From assembly GCA_039588275.1 (NCBI GenBank), contig JBDHAC010000001.1, forward strand, positions 1 to 64,000: a stretch of DNA of 64,000 bases. Direction: 5' to 3'. The position numbers and the translations under genes are program-made. Shown one piece after another: positions 47,443-57,214 of the stretch. The stretch's first letter is position 1; each line of letters begins with the position of its first letter. The notes under the pieces were generated by a model. It searched no databases and was not told where the DNA came from. It worked only from the letters and a program-made list of their open reading frames with translations. This DNA comes from Gemmatimonadota bacterium. GTDB taxonomy: Bacteria > Gemmatimonadota > Gemmatimonadetes > Palauibacterales > Palauibacteraceae.

Positions 47443-48285
47443 TTATCGTGGGCTCATCCGTGGCCGCGGGCTCCTCGCCGGCAGTGCGAAGCGTGAGTTC
47501 GCCTCGACCGCCGCCTCCTGCAGCGTATTCGCGACCTCCGGTGAGAGCGCCACCGGACCCGACGGGGTCGGAACCTCCGGGGGCAGATCGCGGGGGTCCC
47601 GGTTCGCCAGTTGCTCGTACATTACGAGGGCCGCCAGGTAGCTGCCGAGCAAGCTCGGGTGGAAGTCGTCCGATCCGTACAGGGCCAGGTCCGCGTCCCG
47701 CGCCCACGCCGAGCGCCACGCCTCACCGGCCGGGAACAGCAGTCCGCCGACGGATTGCGCAGCGGTTCTGTAGGAGTCCGACACGCTGTCGAAGTCGAAG
47801 AAGCGCGATCGGCTCGGCCATACCATGTAGAGCGCGGTTCGCGCGCCCGCGCGCCCGATCTCTTCCGCGAACCGGTCGCTGTACTCGAGCAGCGATGGCC
47901 GTCCCTCGGTGGCCGAGGGACCCTGCTGCAAGACGACCACATCCCACCCTCCGAGGGCGATCCGGGCTCTGGCGGTTCCTTCGACCCAATGGTCCTGCAG
48001 CCCGTAGTTCGGGAAGGCAACGACCTCCAGGTGCAGCGGGCCGACGTCCGCCATCTCGAGCGATCGCTGCAGGATCGCCGGCATGTCGTTCCAGTACGTG
48101 AGGCTGTTGCCCACGAACAGCACGCCGAACTCGCCGGGCTGGGGACCCGGCGGAGGGTCTTGGGGAGGGCCCGAAGGCGTCGAGGCGCAGCCCGGGATCG
48201 CCAGCAGCGGAAGCAGAAACGCCGCGCGAGAGCCGAATCGTGCGCGTCGTTTGAAGCGTGCGCGTCGTTTCTGTGAATCAGACAC
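47443..48285 (-). CDS. SGNH/GDSL-like hydrolase (lipoprotein)
   Basis: GGAGG RBS before GTG 48285; IPG-C; LFVGNSLT, WDVVVLQQG, DDFHPS. Confidence 0.85.
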   Translation of the reverse strand: MSDSQKRRARFKRRARFGSRAAFLLPLLAIPGCASTPSGPPQDPPPGPQPGEFGVLFVGNSLTYWNDMPAILQRSLEMADVGPLHLEVVAFPNYGLQDHWVEGTARARIALGGWDVVVLQQGPSATEGRPSLLEYSDRFAEEIGRAGARTALYMVWPSRSRFFDFDSVSDSYRTAAQSVGGLLFPAGEAWRSAWARDADLALYGSDDFHPSLLGSYLAALVMYEQLANRDPRDLPPEVPTPSGPVALSPEVANTLQEAAVEANSRFALPARSPRPRMSPR

Positions 48286-48350
48286 CGGTGCCTCCGGGTC
48301 ACGGCGTCCAAGAGTGACGAAGAAGATAGCCACCCGGGCGCCCGGCTCGC

Positions 48351-49688
48351 TCACTCGACGACGGGACGCTCCGGATCGATCCTCGTCCAGCAGACGGCAG
48401 ACACCAGCAGGAGCGCGCTGGCGAGAATGAAGGGAGCCGCCCACGATCCGGTCCGGGCGACCAGGATGCCGAATACGAGCGGTGAAAGAGCGCCCGCCAG
48501 ATTGCCGCAGGAGTTCATCAAAGCGGACACCGTGCCGGGGAAGCGGGAGCCGACGTCGATCGTGACGGCCCACGATACACCGACGGTCAATTCGAGGGCT
48601 CCGGCGGCCAGGACCAGAAGGATCAGGGCGGTCCACGCGTCGGCAGCCAGGGCGCCACCTGCCATGAAGACGACGGCGGCCGCGAACCCGGTGATCGCGA
48701 CCGAGCGTCGACCGAACCGAAGGCCGCGTAGCCGCACCAGCCGGTCGGAGAGCCAACCGCCGAGGCTGTTGGTGATGGCCCCCGCCCATAGCGGCAGACT
48801 CCCGTACAGGCCGGACTCCACGATCCCGAATCCCCTCGTCTCCACCAGGTAGGTCGGAAACCAGCTGAAGTAGATCCAGCCGGTGTAGACGGCTCCGCCG
48901 TACATCAAGCAGATGAGCTGCATGTTTCGGTTGCGGAGCAGCCGCCGCCACGGGACGCGATCGACACCCTCTTTGCCGCCGCCATCCGGTTGCGGGAAGC
49001 CATCTTGCGATGCCTCGCGGCGGGGCCGCGTGACATGCGCTGCGCTCCTGATCGCGGCCAGCTCCAGCGCGTTGACGCCGGGATGATCCTCGGGCCGATC
49101 GCGGTAGTACCGATACCAGACGGCCGCCCAGACCAAGCCGATCAGACCGAAGGCGACGAAGACGACGCGCCAGCTCGCGGCGTGCGCGATCCATACCACC
49201 AGGGGGAGCGTGATCGCTCCCCCGACGCGGGCGCCGGTGTGGGTGATCCCCTGGGCGAAGCCCCGTTCCGATGGCGGGAACCACTTCGACATGGCTCGAG
49301 TCGCGGCCGGAAAACCGCCGGCTTCGCCGGACCCGAACAGGAAACGGATCACGAGCAGCGACCCCGCGTTCCAGGCGGCGGCGGTGGCCATGGTGAACAT
49401 CGACCAGAAGCACACGATCGCGGTCAGCACGCGCCTCGGTCCGAATCGGTCGGCGAGCCATCCCCACGGGAGCTGGAAGAGGGCGTAGGCGAGCGAGAAC
49501 GCCGTGAACGCGGCACCCAGGCCGATCTCGCCGAGTCCGAGCTCGTCCCGGATGAGTGGGGCCGCGCCCGCGATGGCCACGCGGTCCATGTACGAGTTGG
49601 CGTAATGGAAGATGAGCAGCCCGAGGACCACTCGCCTGGCTCGGGTGGGCTTCACGGGCGCGAGAGGGTGTTCGATGCAGGACCTCAC
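48351..49688 (-). CDS. MFS transporter (anion:cation symporter-like)
   Basis: YMDRV, GWLADRFGPRRV, RFLFGSGEAGGFP, WFPPSERG. Confidence 0.92.
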   Translation of the reverse strand: MRSCIEHPLAPVKPTRARRVVLGLLIFHYANSYMDRVAIAGAAPLIRDELGLGEIGLGAAFTAFSLAYALFQLPWGWLADRFGPRRVLTAIVCFWSMFTMATAAAWNAGSLLVIRFLFGSGEAGGFPAATRAMSKWFPPSERGFAQGITHTGARVGGAITLPLVVWIAHAASWRVVFVAFGLIGLVWAAVWYRYYRDRPEDHPGVNALELAAIRSAAHVTRPRREASQDGFPQPDGGGKEGVDRVPWRRLLRNRNMQLICLMYGGAVYTGWIYFSWFPTYLVETRGFGIVESGLYGSLPLWAGAITNSLGGWLSDRLVRLRGLRFGRRSVAITGFAAAVVFMAGGALAADAWTALILLVLAAGALELTVGVSWAVTIDVGSRFPGTVSALMNSCGNLAGALSPLVFGILVARTGSWAAPFILASALLLVSAVCWTRIDPERPVVE

Positions 49689-49689
49689 A

Positions 49690-51315
49690 TTAGCTCGTCT
49701 GCCGCCCGTGCAGGTGGAGGATCTTGCTGGAGCGCGTCACGTGTGGCGCGCCGCGCTCGACCCGCACGTTGACCGCGGTTCGGAGGTGCTCCTCCATGAG
49801 CCGGTTGACGGGGGCGCCCGCCCCGAGCCCCGTCAAGAAGACCTCCAGGAGCTCGGGCTCCGATATGGGTCCCACTCGGGGGTGAACACGAATGATCAAC
49901 CCTGGGTCGCCGCGCGAGTCCTCATCCTCCACCAGTTGGTAGTCGGTTGGGTCGCCTCCGAATCGACCGGGAAGCACCACCTCGAGCAAGCGGACGACAT
50001 CGGTGTCCTGGAACGTCACTCCACCGGCTGTGAGCTTCTCGAAGCTACGCACCCTTTGGAGCCGGGTGCGCCACCCGAGGCCATCCAGTGGGCACGGGCA
50101 CGGCGCATCGACGAAGTCCGCTCGATCGCCCATACAGAAGTTGACCATCAGGTAGGGCGCCGCCTCGTGCAATGTCGTCAACAGGAGGGCGTTCTCGGGC
50201 ATGCCGAGCTCGGAACCGCGCACCCCGGCCTGAATGACGGCATGAAGGTCGCGCACTACGTGCATGTGGTCGGCTTCCGCGGTCTCCCCGCACCCGTACG
50301 CGACGGGTCCCGTCTCGATCGACCCGTACCGGGCGCGTGCGGTGACGCCCGAGCTGCCGATCGTCCGTAGTCGAGCGGCGGTGATCGGCTCGCCGCCCAG
50401 CGTGGCTCGCATTCCCTTCAGGTCGATCCCGGCTTCGAGCGCCGCGGAAGCGAGGCGCACGACAGAGCTCGGCGGGCCGAGGAGGTGCGGCGTCTCCCCT
50501 TCGGCCAGAAGCCGCCGTGCCCAGCGCGCGACCGGCAACGGCTCCTCGGGAGTAGCCACCACGGCCCGGGGCATGCCCCGGGCCCCCAGCCTCGCCCCCC
50601 AGCGCATGGCACGCTCGCTCCATCGAAAGACGGGATCGAGGTTCCGAAGCGAGGGATCCACCTGCGTGAACCAGGCAGCCGGTCCGGATCCGAAGCAGGA
50701 GAACTTGAGCAGGCGGAATCTGGACCCGGCTCCCGGCGTCTCCCATGTGGCGTTCCTCCAGCCCCATCCCCCATGCGCATCGAGATAGACCGCACACGCG
50801 ACTGCACAAGCGCGCACGTACGCGAGATCGATCAGGAACGGAGCCGACGCGCTGCGACTTCCACCGCTCCGTGCTGCAACGTGGAACGCGGCGAGCGGGT
50901 TGCGAAACGAATCGGTAGCCGGCTCGATGCGGAGCGAGCCCCGAACCACCGGCTTCCGCCCCTTGAACTCCTCCACCGTCAGGTAGATGCCCTCATGGAA
51001 GAGTAGGCGTAGAGCACCTTCGAGCCCGTCGCGCGCTACGAGCGCACGTAGATCCTCGTGCGCGACTCCCGCGTGCTCGAAGAGGCGGGAGAGAACGCTT
51101 CCGGGTCGCTCGAACACGACCCTGCGGAGGAGGGACACGAAACGGCTCTCGCGCTCACGGAGACGGATCGCCTGGATCGAGCGTGCCTCTTGGAGCGTGA
51201 AGCGGTGGCGCACGAAGCCAGGAACCCCTGCGAGAAACCGAGCCCCCGCGACGAGCCCACGAGGGTTCGCGAGGGGAGTCTTCAACCCTCCGCCGCCTGC
51301 AGCTTGATCGACCAT
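49690..51315 (-). CDS. PaaK/CapK/GH3-like adenylate-forming protein
   Basis: RSGGSRS (P-loop-like), GGEPIT, RYGSIETG, MGD, RVRSFEK, C-terminal SKILH. Confidence 0.65.
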   Translation of the reverse strand: MVDQAAGGGGLKTPLANPRGLVAGARFLAGVPGFVRHRFTLQEARSIQAIRLRERESRFVSLLRRVVFERPGSVLSRLFEHAGVAHEDLRALVARDGLEGALRLLFHEGIYLTVEEFKGRKPVVRGSLRIEPATDSFRNPLAAFHVAARSGGSRSASAPFLIDLAYVRACAVACAVYLDAHGGWGWRNATWETPGAGSRFRLLKFSCFGSGPAAWFTQVDPSLRNLDPVFRWSERAMRWGARLGARGMPRAVVATPEEPLPVARWARRLLAEGETPHLLGPPSSVVRLASAALEAGIDLKGMRATLGGEPITAARLRTIGSSGVTARARYGSIETGPVAYGCGETAEADHMHVVRDLHAVIQAGVRGSELGMPENALLLTTLHEAAPYLMVNFCMGDRADFVDAPCPCPLDGLGWRTRLQRVRSFEKLTAGGVTFQDTDVVRLLEVVLPGRFGGDPTDYQLVEDEDSRGDPGLIIRVHPRVGPISEPELLEVFLTGLGAGAPVNRLMEEHLRTAVNVRVERGAPHVTRSSKILHLHGRQTS

Positions 51316-51370
51316 GGTGATGGTCTAACGGTGCAGATGCGAGACCGTCAAACTGCGGGTGGCGAGCGGA

Positions 51371-52279
51371 TCAAGGATTGACGGAACGAAGCTCACTCCT
51401 GACCGCCTGCAGGTCCAGCTGCATGATCCACACGTCGAAGCTCCCCGACCTGGTGCTGGTGAACGCGATCTGTGTCCCATCCGGCGACCAGCGGGGCGTA
51501 TCGTCGTAAGCCGGGTGAGAGGTGATCCGAATCGGCGCCCCACCCTCCGCCGACATGATCCACAGGTCGACGTTGTCGTCATGGCGCGAGGCGAACGCGA
51601 GCAGCGATCCGTCCGGTGACAGGTCCATGTACCGGTACGCGTGTGTGCTGTCGGACGCGACCTCGCGCCTCTCCTCGCCGTCGGCCGACACCGCCACGAT
51701 CGTCGACTCCGCCGACTCCTGTTCGCGCAGCCACATGTAGATCTCGTCACCGTCGGGCGACCAGCACCCCAGTACCGGCCGCTTTCCCTCCCCGTTGAAG
51801 ACGATCCGTGCCTCACCCGTGCGTATGTCCAGCGTCCAAAGGTGGGACCCCTCTTTGAACGCGACGCGAGTGCCATCCGGGGACCATATGGGGTTACCGC
51901 CCCGGAAGATGGGGATCGATGCCGGAACGATCCGGATCGGCTGTCCCCCGTCGGCGGCCACGAGCTTGACGGCGTTGCCGAACTCCGCATCGAAGACGAT
52001 GTAACGTCCGTCGGGCGACCAGTCGGGGTGCTCGCCGATGAAGGTCGTGAGCTGCCGGCCCTCACCCCCCGCGGCGGGGACCAGCCACAACCCGGTCATT
52101 CCAGTGTCGCCCTGCCGGACGTACGTGGAATGCACGACGATGGTCCCATCGGGGGACCACGACGGAAACCCCTGTTGAGCCGGGTTGTCAGTAAGCTGTC
52201 TGACGGGATGTGGCTCCTGGGCGAGGAGGGAGCCGGCGCCGAGGGACGCGAGGACGATCGCGCACCAGACGGCTCGCAT
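51371..52279 (-). CDS. TolB-like PD40 beta-propeller protein, secreted
   Basis: Repeated P-x-WSPDG motifs; signal peptide. Confidence 0.88.
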   Translation of the reverse strand: MRAVWCAIVLASLGAGSLLAQEPHPVRQLTDNPAQQGFPSWSPDGTIVVHSTYVRQGDTGMTGLWLVPAAGGEGRQLTTFIGEHPDWSPDGRYIVFDAEFGNAVKLVAADGGQPIRIVPASIPIFRGGNPIWSPDGTRVAFKEGSHLWTLDIRTGEARIVFNGEGKRPVLGCWSPDGDEIYMWLREQESAESTIVAVSADGEERREVASDSTHAYRYMDLSPDGSLLAFASRHDDNVDLWIMSAEGGAPIRITSHPAYDDTPRWSPDGTQIAFTSTRSGSFDVWIMQLDLQAVRSELRSVNP

Positions 52280-52287
52280 GGTGCTCC

Positions 52288-53184
52288 TCAGGTGCCGTAC
52301 TGCACCCTTCGCTCGAGGACGGCCCAACGCGCGTCGACCTCCGCCTGGATTCGCGAGATGTCCTCATCCGACAGGTGCCGGAAGCGCCCTTGGCGGCGGA
52401 TGTAGGGCTCGACGGGCTCGCCCGGGTGGTCCACCGTGAACCGCCAGCGGCTCCCGTCCTCGACCTCCATGAGCGGGAAGATCCGGGCGCGCACCGCGTG
52501 GCGTGCCAGGTCGATGGTCTCATCGCTCTCGGTCTTCCAGCCCGGGGGACAGGGCGCGAGGATGTGTATGAACCGTGTGCCCCGGATCTCCTTCGCCTTC
52601 TTCATCTTCTCCATCAAGTCCACCGGATGCGCCACCGACGTAGTGGCGGCGTACGGAATCCGGTGCGCGGCCATGATCGAGAGGATGTCCTTCTTCGGCT
52701 GCGACTTCGGGTGCTCGCGCGGCGAGGTCGTGGTCCAGGCGCCCCAGGGCGTGCCCGAGGAGCGCTGGACACCGGTGTTCATGTACGCTTCGTTGTCGTA
52801 GCAGCAGTGAATGATGTCTTCGTTCCGCTCCGCGGCCCCCGAGAGAGCCTGAATCCCGATATCCAGCGTGCCGCCGTCCCCGGCCCAGGCCATGACCGTG
52901 GTGTGGCGGTTGCCCCGCATCTCGAGCGCGGCCTTGACGCCGGAGGCCGTCGCCGCGGCGGTCTCGAACGCCGTGTGGTACAGCGGGACCTTGAGCGAGC
53001 TCTGAGGCCACGGACCGGCGATGATGCTCCAGCAGCACGCCGGGAGGATGACCATGGTGTCATCTCCCAGCGCCTTGAGCGCCAGCTTCATGGCGATGGG
53101 GGCTGCACACCCGGCGCAGGCGAGATGCCCAGAGGCCAGATGCTCTTCCTGCGGGATCGAGTCCTTGATCATGACCTGGCTCAT
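52288..53184 (-). CDS. porB: 2-oxoacid (pyruvate):ferredoxin oxidoreductase beta subunit
   Basis: GHLACAGC, AGDGGTLDIG, YDNEAYMNTGVQRS, PCPPGW. Confidence 0.93.
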   Translation of the reverse strand: MSQVMIKDSIPQEEHLASGHLACAGCAAPIAMKLALKALGDDTMVILPACCWSIIAGPWPQSSLKVPLYHTAFETAAATASGVKAALEMRGNRHTTVMAWAGDGGTLDIGIQALSGAAERNEDIIHCCYDNEAYMNTGVQRSSGTPWGAWTTTSPREHPKSQPKKDILSIMAAHRIPYAATTSVAHPVDLMEKMKKAKEIRGTRFIHILAPCPPGWKTESDETIDLARHAVRARIFPLMEVEDGSRWRFTVDHPGEPVEPYIRRQGRFRHLSDEDISRIQAEVDARWAVLERRVQYGT

Positions 53185-54341
53185 GGCGCGACTCCTACCC
53201 ACAGGTCCTGCCGCTCGGGCCGCTCGGCCGCCCTCGTGCCGTCGATAATCTCTTCGATCACCGGGGGCGTGACGTCTCGTCCACCGAGTCCGACCACGTA
53301 GCCAAACAGGGTGGGCCGGTCGTCGGGCGGGACGTCGTACAGCGCCGAGCGAATCTCCTCGGCGAAGATGCCGCCGTGCCCGGGCGAGACGTTGCGGTCG
53401 AGAACGGCCACCCGCGGTACACCCGCCAGCACGGCCCTGAGGCGCTCGGTGGGGAGCGGCCTGAACATCTTCGCCTTCACCAGCCCGACCGTCTCGCCGG
53501 CGGCGCGCCGCGCGTCGATGACTTCGCGCGCGGTGGAGGTGATCGTGCTCGAGGTGACGAGGATCAAGTCGGCTCCCTCGGTCCTGTATTCCTCGAGGGC
53601 CGTGTATCTCCGTCCGGTGAGCTGTTCCCACTCGGCCTCGATGTCGGCCAGCACCCCCTGCGCACGCTCCATCGCCTCCTGCTGCTGGAGCCGCATCTCC
53701 ATGTACGCGTCCGGCTTGACCAACGCCCCGAACGCGTGCGGGTCCTCGCCGTCCAGCTTGTAGCGGGCTTCTCGGCGTGGCAGAAAACCGTCAACGAGCT
53801 CCTGGTCCGGGATGTCGACCGGCGCCGCCGTGTGCGACAGGAAGAACGCATCCAGCACCACCATCACCGGCAGGTCCACCGTCTCGGCGAGCTTGAAGCC
53901 CATGATGGTCGTGTCGAGCACCTCCTGGTTGGTCTCGCAGTAGAACTGGATCCAGCCCGTGTCTCGTTGCGAGAGGCTGTCGTTCTGATCGGTCCAGATG
54001 TTCCACCCCGGCCCCATGGCCCTATTCACGTCGGCCAACACAACCGGATGCCGGCCGAGGGCGGCCCAGTGCAGGAGCTCGTGCATGAGCGCCAACCCCT
54101 GCGACGACGTCGCCGTGAACGTTCGCGCACCGGCCGCGGAGGCGCCGATGCAGGCGGCCATCGCCGAGTGTTCCGATTCGACGTGGATGTAACGGGCATC
54201 GAGGCTGCCGTCGGCGCACATTTCCGACAGCCGCTCGACGATCTGCGTCTGCGGCGTGATCGGATACGCCGAGATGACCTCGGCTCGAGCCAGCTTCACG
54301 CCCCAGGAAACGGCGTGGTTCCCTTCGATGACCTTCTTCAC
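53181..54341 (-). CDS. porA: 2-oxoacid:ferredoxin oxidoreductase alpha subunit
   Basis: AYPITPQT, VESEHSAM, TATSSQGL, GLGGRDV. Confidence 0.93.
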   Translation of the reverse strand: MKKVIEGNHAVSWGVKLARAEVISAYPITPQTQIVERLSEMCADGSLDARYIHVESEHSAMAACIGASAAGARTFTATSSQGLALMHELLHWAALGRHPVVLADVNRAMGPGWNIWTDQNDSLSQRDTGWIQFYCETNQEVLDTTIMGFKLAETVDLPVMVVLDAFFLSHTAAPVDIPDQELVDGFLPRREARYKLDGEDPHAFGALVKPDAYMEMRLQQQEAMERAQGVLADIEAEWEQLTGRRYTALEEYRTEGADLILVTSSTITSTAREVIDARRAAGETVGLVKAKMFRPLPTERLRAVLAGVPRVAVLDRNVSPGHGGIFAEEIRSALYDVPPDDRPTLFGYVVGLGGRDVTPPVIEEIIDGTRAAERPERQDLWVGVAP

Positions 54342-54366
54342 AGGTCCTCCGTCACGACCCGTTCGG

Positions 54367-56124
54367 TCACAGGCCCTCCCGAGTCATCACCATCGCGCCA
54401 CGTGGGCACTCGGCCGCGCACACCCCGCACCCTTTGCAATAATCCATGTCGATGACGAAGCCCCACCCGTCCTCGCTTCGCGAGACGGCCATGTCCGGGC
54501 AGAAGATCAAGCAGAGCTCGCACTGGTTGCAGACGCCGCAGTTCATGCAGCGGAGGGCCTCCTCCCCCGCTTCGTCGCGGGTCAGGCCCTGGTTGACCTC
54601 GTCGAAGCCGGCCAGAGTCTGGACGTCACCCAGGTGATGGTCGGGGTGGCGATCGGCGTGCTGGAAGTGGTCGGGATTCATGTCCTCGAACTCGACCACC
54701 CGGTTCACGGGCGAGGTGCGGCGCAGCGGATCGTCGTCGCGCCACCGTGTCATGCTGATGTTGCCCTCGGGCCCGAAGCAGTAACGCTCCGGATCGACCG
54801 CCGGGACCGGATCGCCGGCCGTGCTGCGCAAGAACCGGTCGATCCCGAGGGCTGCCCGCTTCCCGTCGCCCAGCGCGTGCGCCACGGTGCGCTCGGAGTC
54901 CGTCACGTCGCCCCCCGCAAACACGACGGGCGTGTTGGTCGCCCCGAGCTCGTCGACCACGATCTGCCATCGATCCTGGTGCACATCGGGGGGCAGGAAG
55001 CCCAGATCCGTGATCTCGCCGATCGCCGTCAGGATCGTGTCCGCGATGACGGTGAACTGGCCCTCCTCCGTGGGGACCGGTCGACGCCGGCCCGAATCGT
55101 CGGGCTCACCCAGGACCATCCGAATGCACTCGACCCCGCGCAGGCGGCCATTCCCCTCCGCGACCGCGTTCGGCGCCGCCAGAAACTCGAAGTCGATGCC
55201 CTCTCGCTCCGCCTCGAGGATCTCCTCGTCGATCGCGGGCATCTCAGCACGCGTGCGGCGATATAAAACCAGAACCTCGGCCCCCAGCCTGCGCGCCGTC
55301 CGGGCGCAGTCGATCGCCGTGTTCCCGCCCCCTACCACCACCACCCGGCCTCCGACGTCCGGCCGGCCCCCGGCGTTGACCTGCTTCAGGAAATGCAGAC
55401 CCGAGCGGACGCCATCCGAGTCCTCGCCTTCCATTCCCGTCGATCGGCCCTGGTGGGCCCCGGAGGCCACGAAGACCGCGTCGTACCGCGCCAGCTCCCC
55501 CCACGGCACGTCGGGGCCGACCCGCACCCCGCACCGGATCTCGACACCTTCGGCTCGAATCCGCTCGATCTGGGCGTCGAGGATGTCTCGCGGGAGACGG
55601 TATTCGGGGATTCCGAGCCGGAGCATGCCACCCGCTTCAGAGGCGGCCTCGTACACGGTCGCCCGGTATCCCAGCCGTGCCAGGTGATAGCCGCACGCCA
55701 GCCCGGCCGGCCCCGAGCCGACGATCCCGATGCTCTCCGGTCGCAGCGCCGTGACGGGCGTCGGCATGTCCCGTTCGAGGATTCGATCGCCGAGCATCCG
55801 CTCGACCGCGTGGATCGACACCGGCTCGTCGAAGAAACGCCGATTGCAGTGGGTCTCGCACGGGTGGTCGCACACGCGGCCGGTGACGGCTGGCATGGGA
55901 TTCTCGCGCAGCAAGAGATCCATAGCCTCGTCGTCACGACCCTCCCGCAGGAGGTTCATGTACCCCTCGATGTCGATGCCCACCGGGCAGCCGGCGTTGC
56001 ACGGCGCTACGCGGTCTTGATAGACGGGTCGGATGTACTTCCAGGAGCCGGTCCGATTGACGCGGGTGGTCGTGTTGCTGATCGCCACCGGCGGGATGCC
56101 GCCGTGCCTCCCCGCCTCAGCCAT
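54367..56124 (-). CDS. PorD-like 2x[4Fe-4S] subunit fused with GltD/SudA-like FAD/NAD(P) oxidoreductase
   Basis: TGSWKYIRPV; APCNAGCP, GRVCDHPCE, GSGPAG, GGGNTAIDC; CNQCELCLIFCPD, CKGCGVCAAECP. Confidence 0.9.
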   Translation of the reverse strand: MAEAGRHGGIPPVAISNTTTRVNRTGSWKYIRPVYQDRVAPCNAGCPVGIDIEGYMNLLREGRDDEAMDLLLRENPMPAVTGRVCDHPCETHCNRRFFDEPVSIHAVERMLGDRILERDMPTPVTALRPESIGIVGSGPAGLACGYHLARLGYRATVYEAASEAGGMLRLGIPEYRLPRDILDAQIERIRAEGVEIRCGVRVGPDVPWGELARYDAVFVASGAHQGRSTGMEGEDSDGVRSGLHFLKQVNAGGRPDVGGRVVVVGGGNTAIDCARTARRLGAEVLVLYRRTRAEMPAIDEEILEAEREGIDFEFLAAPNAVAEGNGRLRGVECIRMVLGEPDDSGRRRPVPTEEGQFTVIADTILTAIGEITDLGFLPPDVHQDRWQIVVDELGATNTPVVFAGGDVTDSERTVAHALGDGKRAALGIDRFLRSTAGDPVPAVDPERYCFGPEGNISMTRWRDDDPLRRTSPVNRVVEFEDMNPDHFQHADRHPDHHLGDVQTLAGFDEVNQGLTRDEAGEEALRCMNCGVCNQCELCLIFCPDMAVSRSEDGWGFVIDMDYCKGCGVCAAECPRGAMVMTREGL

Positions 56125-56695
56125 GCACCACCTCACGCTCGCTCGCGAACTGGACCCCCGCCGCGGCCTCGCGCGCGGCCTGGACGTTCTCGTCGATGTG
56201 GGTCGGCACCGCTTCGCGGATCGCGTCGCAGACCGTCTCCAGGCTCGCCAGCCCGAACGCCGTCGCGAACGCGCCGAGGATCGCCGTGTTGACGATCGGT
56301 TGGGTTCGCGAGCCGAGCCCGTGTCGGGTCGCGATCGCGCTCGCGTCCACCGTCACCACGCGGAAGCGGTCGAGCAGCTCCGTGTACGCCTCGGGCCCCT
56401 GGTCGGAGTTGATGAGGATCATCCCGCCAGGCCTCAGACCGGCGGTCACGTCCACGGCACCGATCAGCGTGGGATCGAGGACGATCAGATCATCGGGCTC
56501 AGTGACCTCGCAGCGTAGCCGAACGGGCTGGTCGTCGAACCGGACGAAGGCGGTGACGGGCGCACCGCGCCGCTCCACCCCGAAGGCGGGAAAAGACTGG
56601 ACGCAGTGGCCCTCACGAAACAGGGCTTCGGCCAGGAGCTTGGAGGCGATGACCGCCCCCTGACCTCCTCGCCCGTGAACGCGCAGCTCCTGCAT
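56117..56695 (-). CDS. porC: 2-oxoacid:ferredoxin oxidoreductase gamma subunit
   Basis: HGRGGQGAV, FGVERRGAPV, NTAILGA. Confidence 0.93.
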   Translation of the reverse strand: MQELRVHGRGGQGAVIASKLLAEALFREGHCVQSFPAFGVERRGAPVTAFVRFDDQPVRLRCEVTEPDDLIVLDPTLIGAVDVTAGLRPGGMILINSDQGPEAYTELLDRFRVVTVDASAIATRHGLGSRTQPIVNTAILGAFATAFGLASLETVCDAIREAVPTHIDENVQAAREAAAGVQFASEREVVHG

Positions 56696-56803
56696 GACTG
56701 GCTCCCCGACAGGTCCCCGAGGAGGTATTCCAGCGGCACGGCCGCCGGGAGCTCCCACCGCGGACACACGAGCAGACTGGGCACAGGATCTGCACTTCCG
56801 AGG

Positions 56804-56820
56804 ATCAAGAAGGGTGCCAG
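56804..56820 (-). promoter_or_regulatory. Putative sigma-54 promoter of the por operon
   Basis: Minus strand CTGGCACCCTTCTTGAT (TGGCAC-N5-TTGa), about 110 nt upstream of porC. Confidence 0.45.
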
Positions 56821-56874
56821 TTTCCCGCCCCGAGCGGGGGCTGACCCGGGTTCAACTCCAGCGACTGGACCCCC

Positions 56875-57078
56875 ATGGATGCTCCACGCGTGGACCAGCC
56901 AGATCGCGCGTCGACACCGAAAGGATGGCAGGACAAGTGGCCCCCCTGCGCGGAAGCCCAAGCTGACGGGGTTCCCTGCGAGGAAGTAGACGGGGACTGC
57001 GAGGATTGCGACAAGGCATACCCCGAGATCGCCGAACCGGGAGGGGCCTCGGAGCCCGATCCTCAGCCGGGACGCTAG
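56875..57078 (+). CDS. Small acidic Cys-rich hypothetical protein
   Basis: WPPCAEAQADGVPCEEVDGDCEDC (C-x9-C-x6-C-x2-C); fills an intergenic gap. Confidence 0.6.
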   Translation: MDAPRVDQPDRASTPKGWQDKWPPCAEAQADGVPCEEVDGDCEDCDKAYPEIAEPGGASEPDPQPGR

Positions 57079-57214
57079 CGCTCCCGGGTCATCCTCGTCG
57101 GCCGCCATCCCGCCCCAACGGGGCGAAAGCGGGCCACGAATGCCGGGTCAGTGTGTCACCCTATGGGGCAAGAAGTCCCGCTCCCACACGTTCCACGTCA
57201 AGAGGTCCCACACC

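Noticed and set aside
48239..48270. 18-nt-period duplication encoding KRRARF twice
   Set aside because: Short slippage in a signal-peptide n-region with no evident function
47443..49467. 674-aa ORF as a single protein
   Set aside because: The N-terminal part is an off-frame overlap of the MFS gene; the real SGNH gene starts at about 48285 with its own RBS
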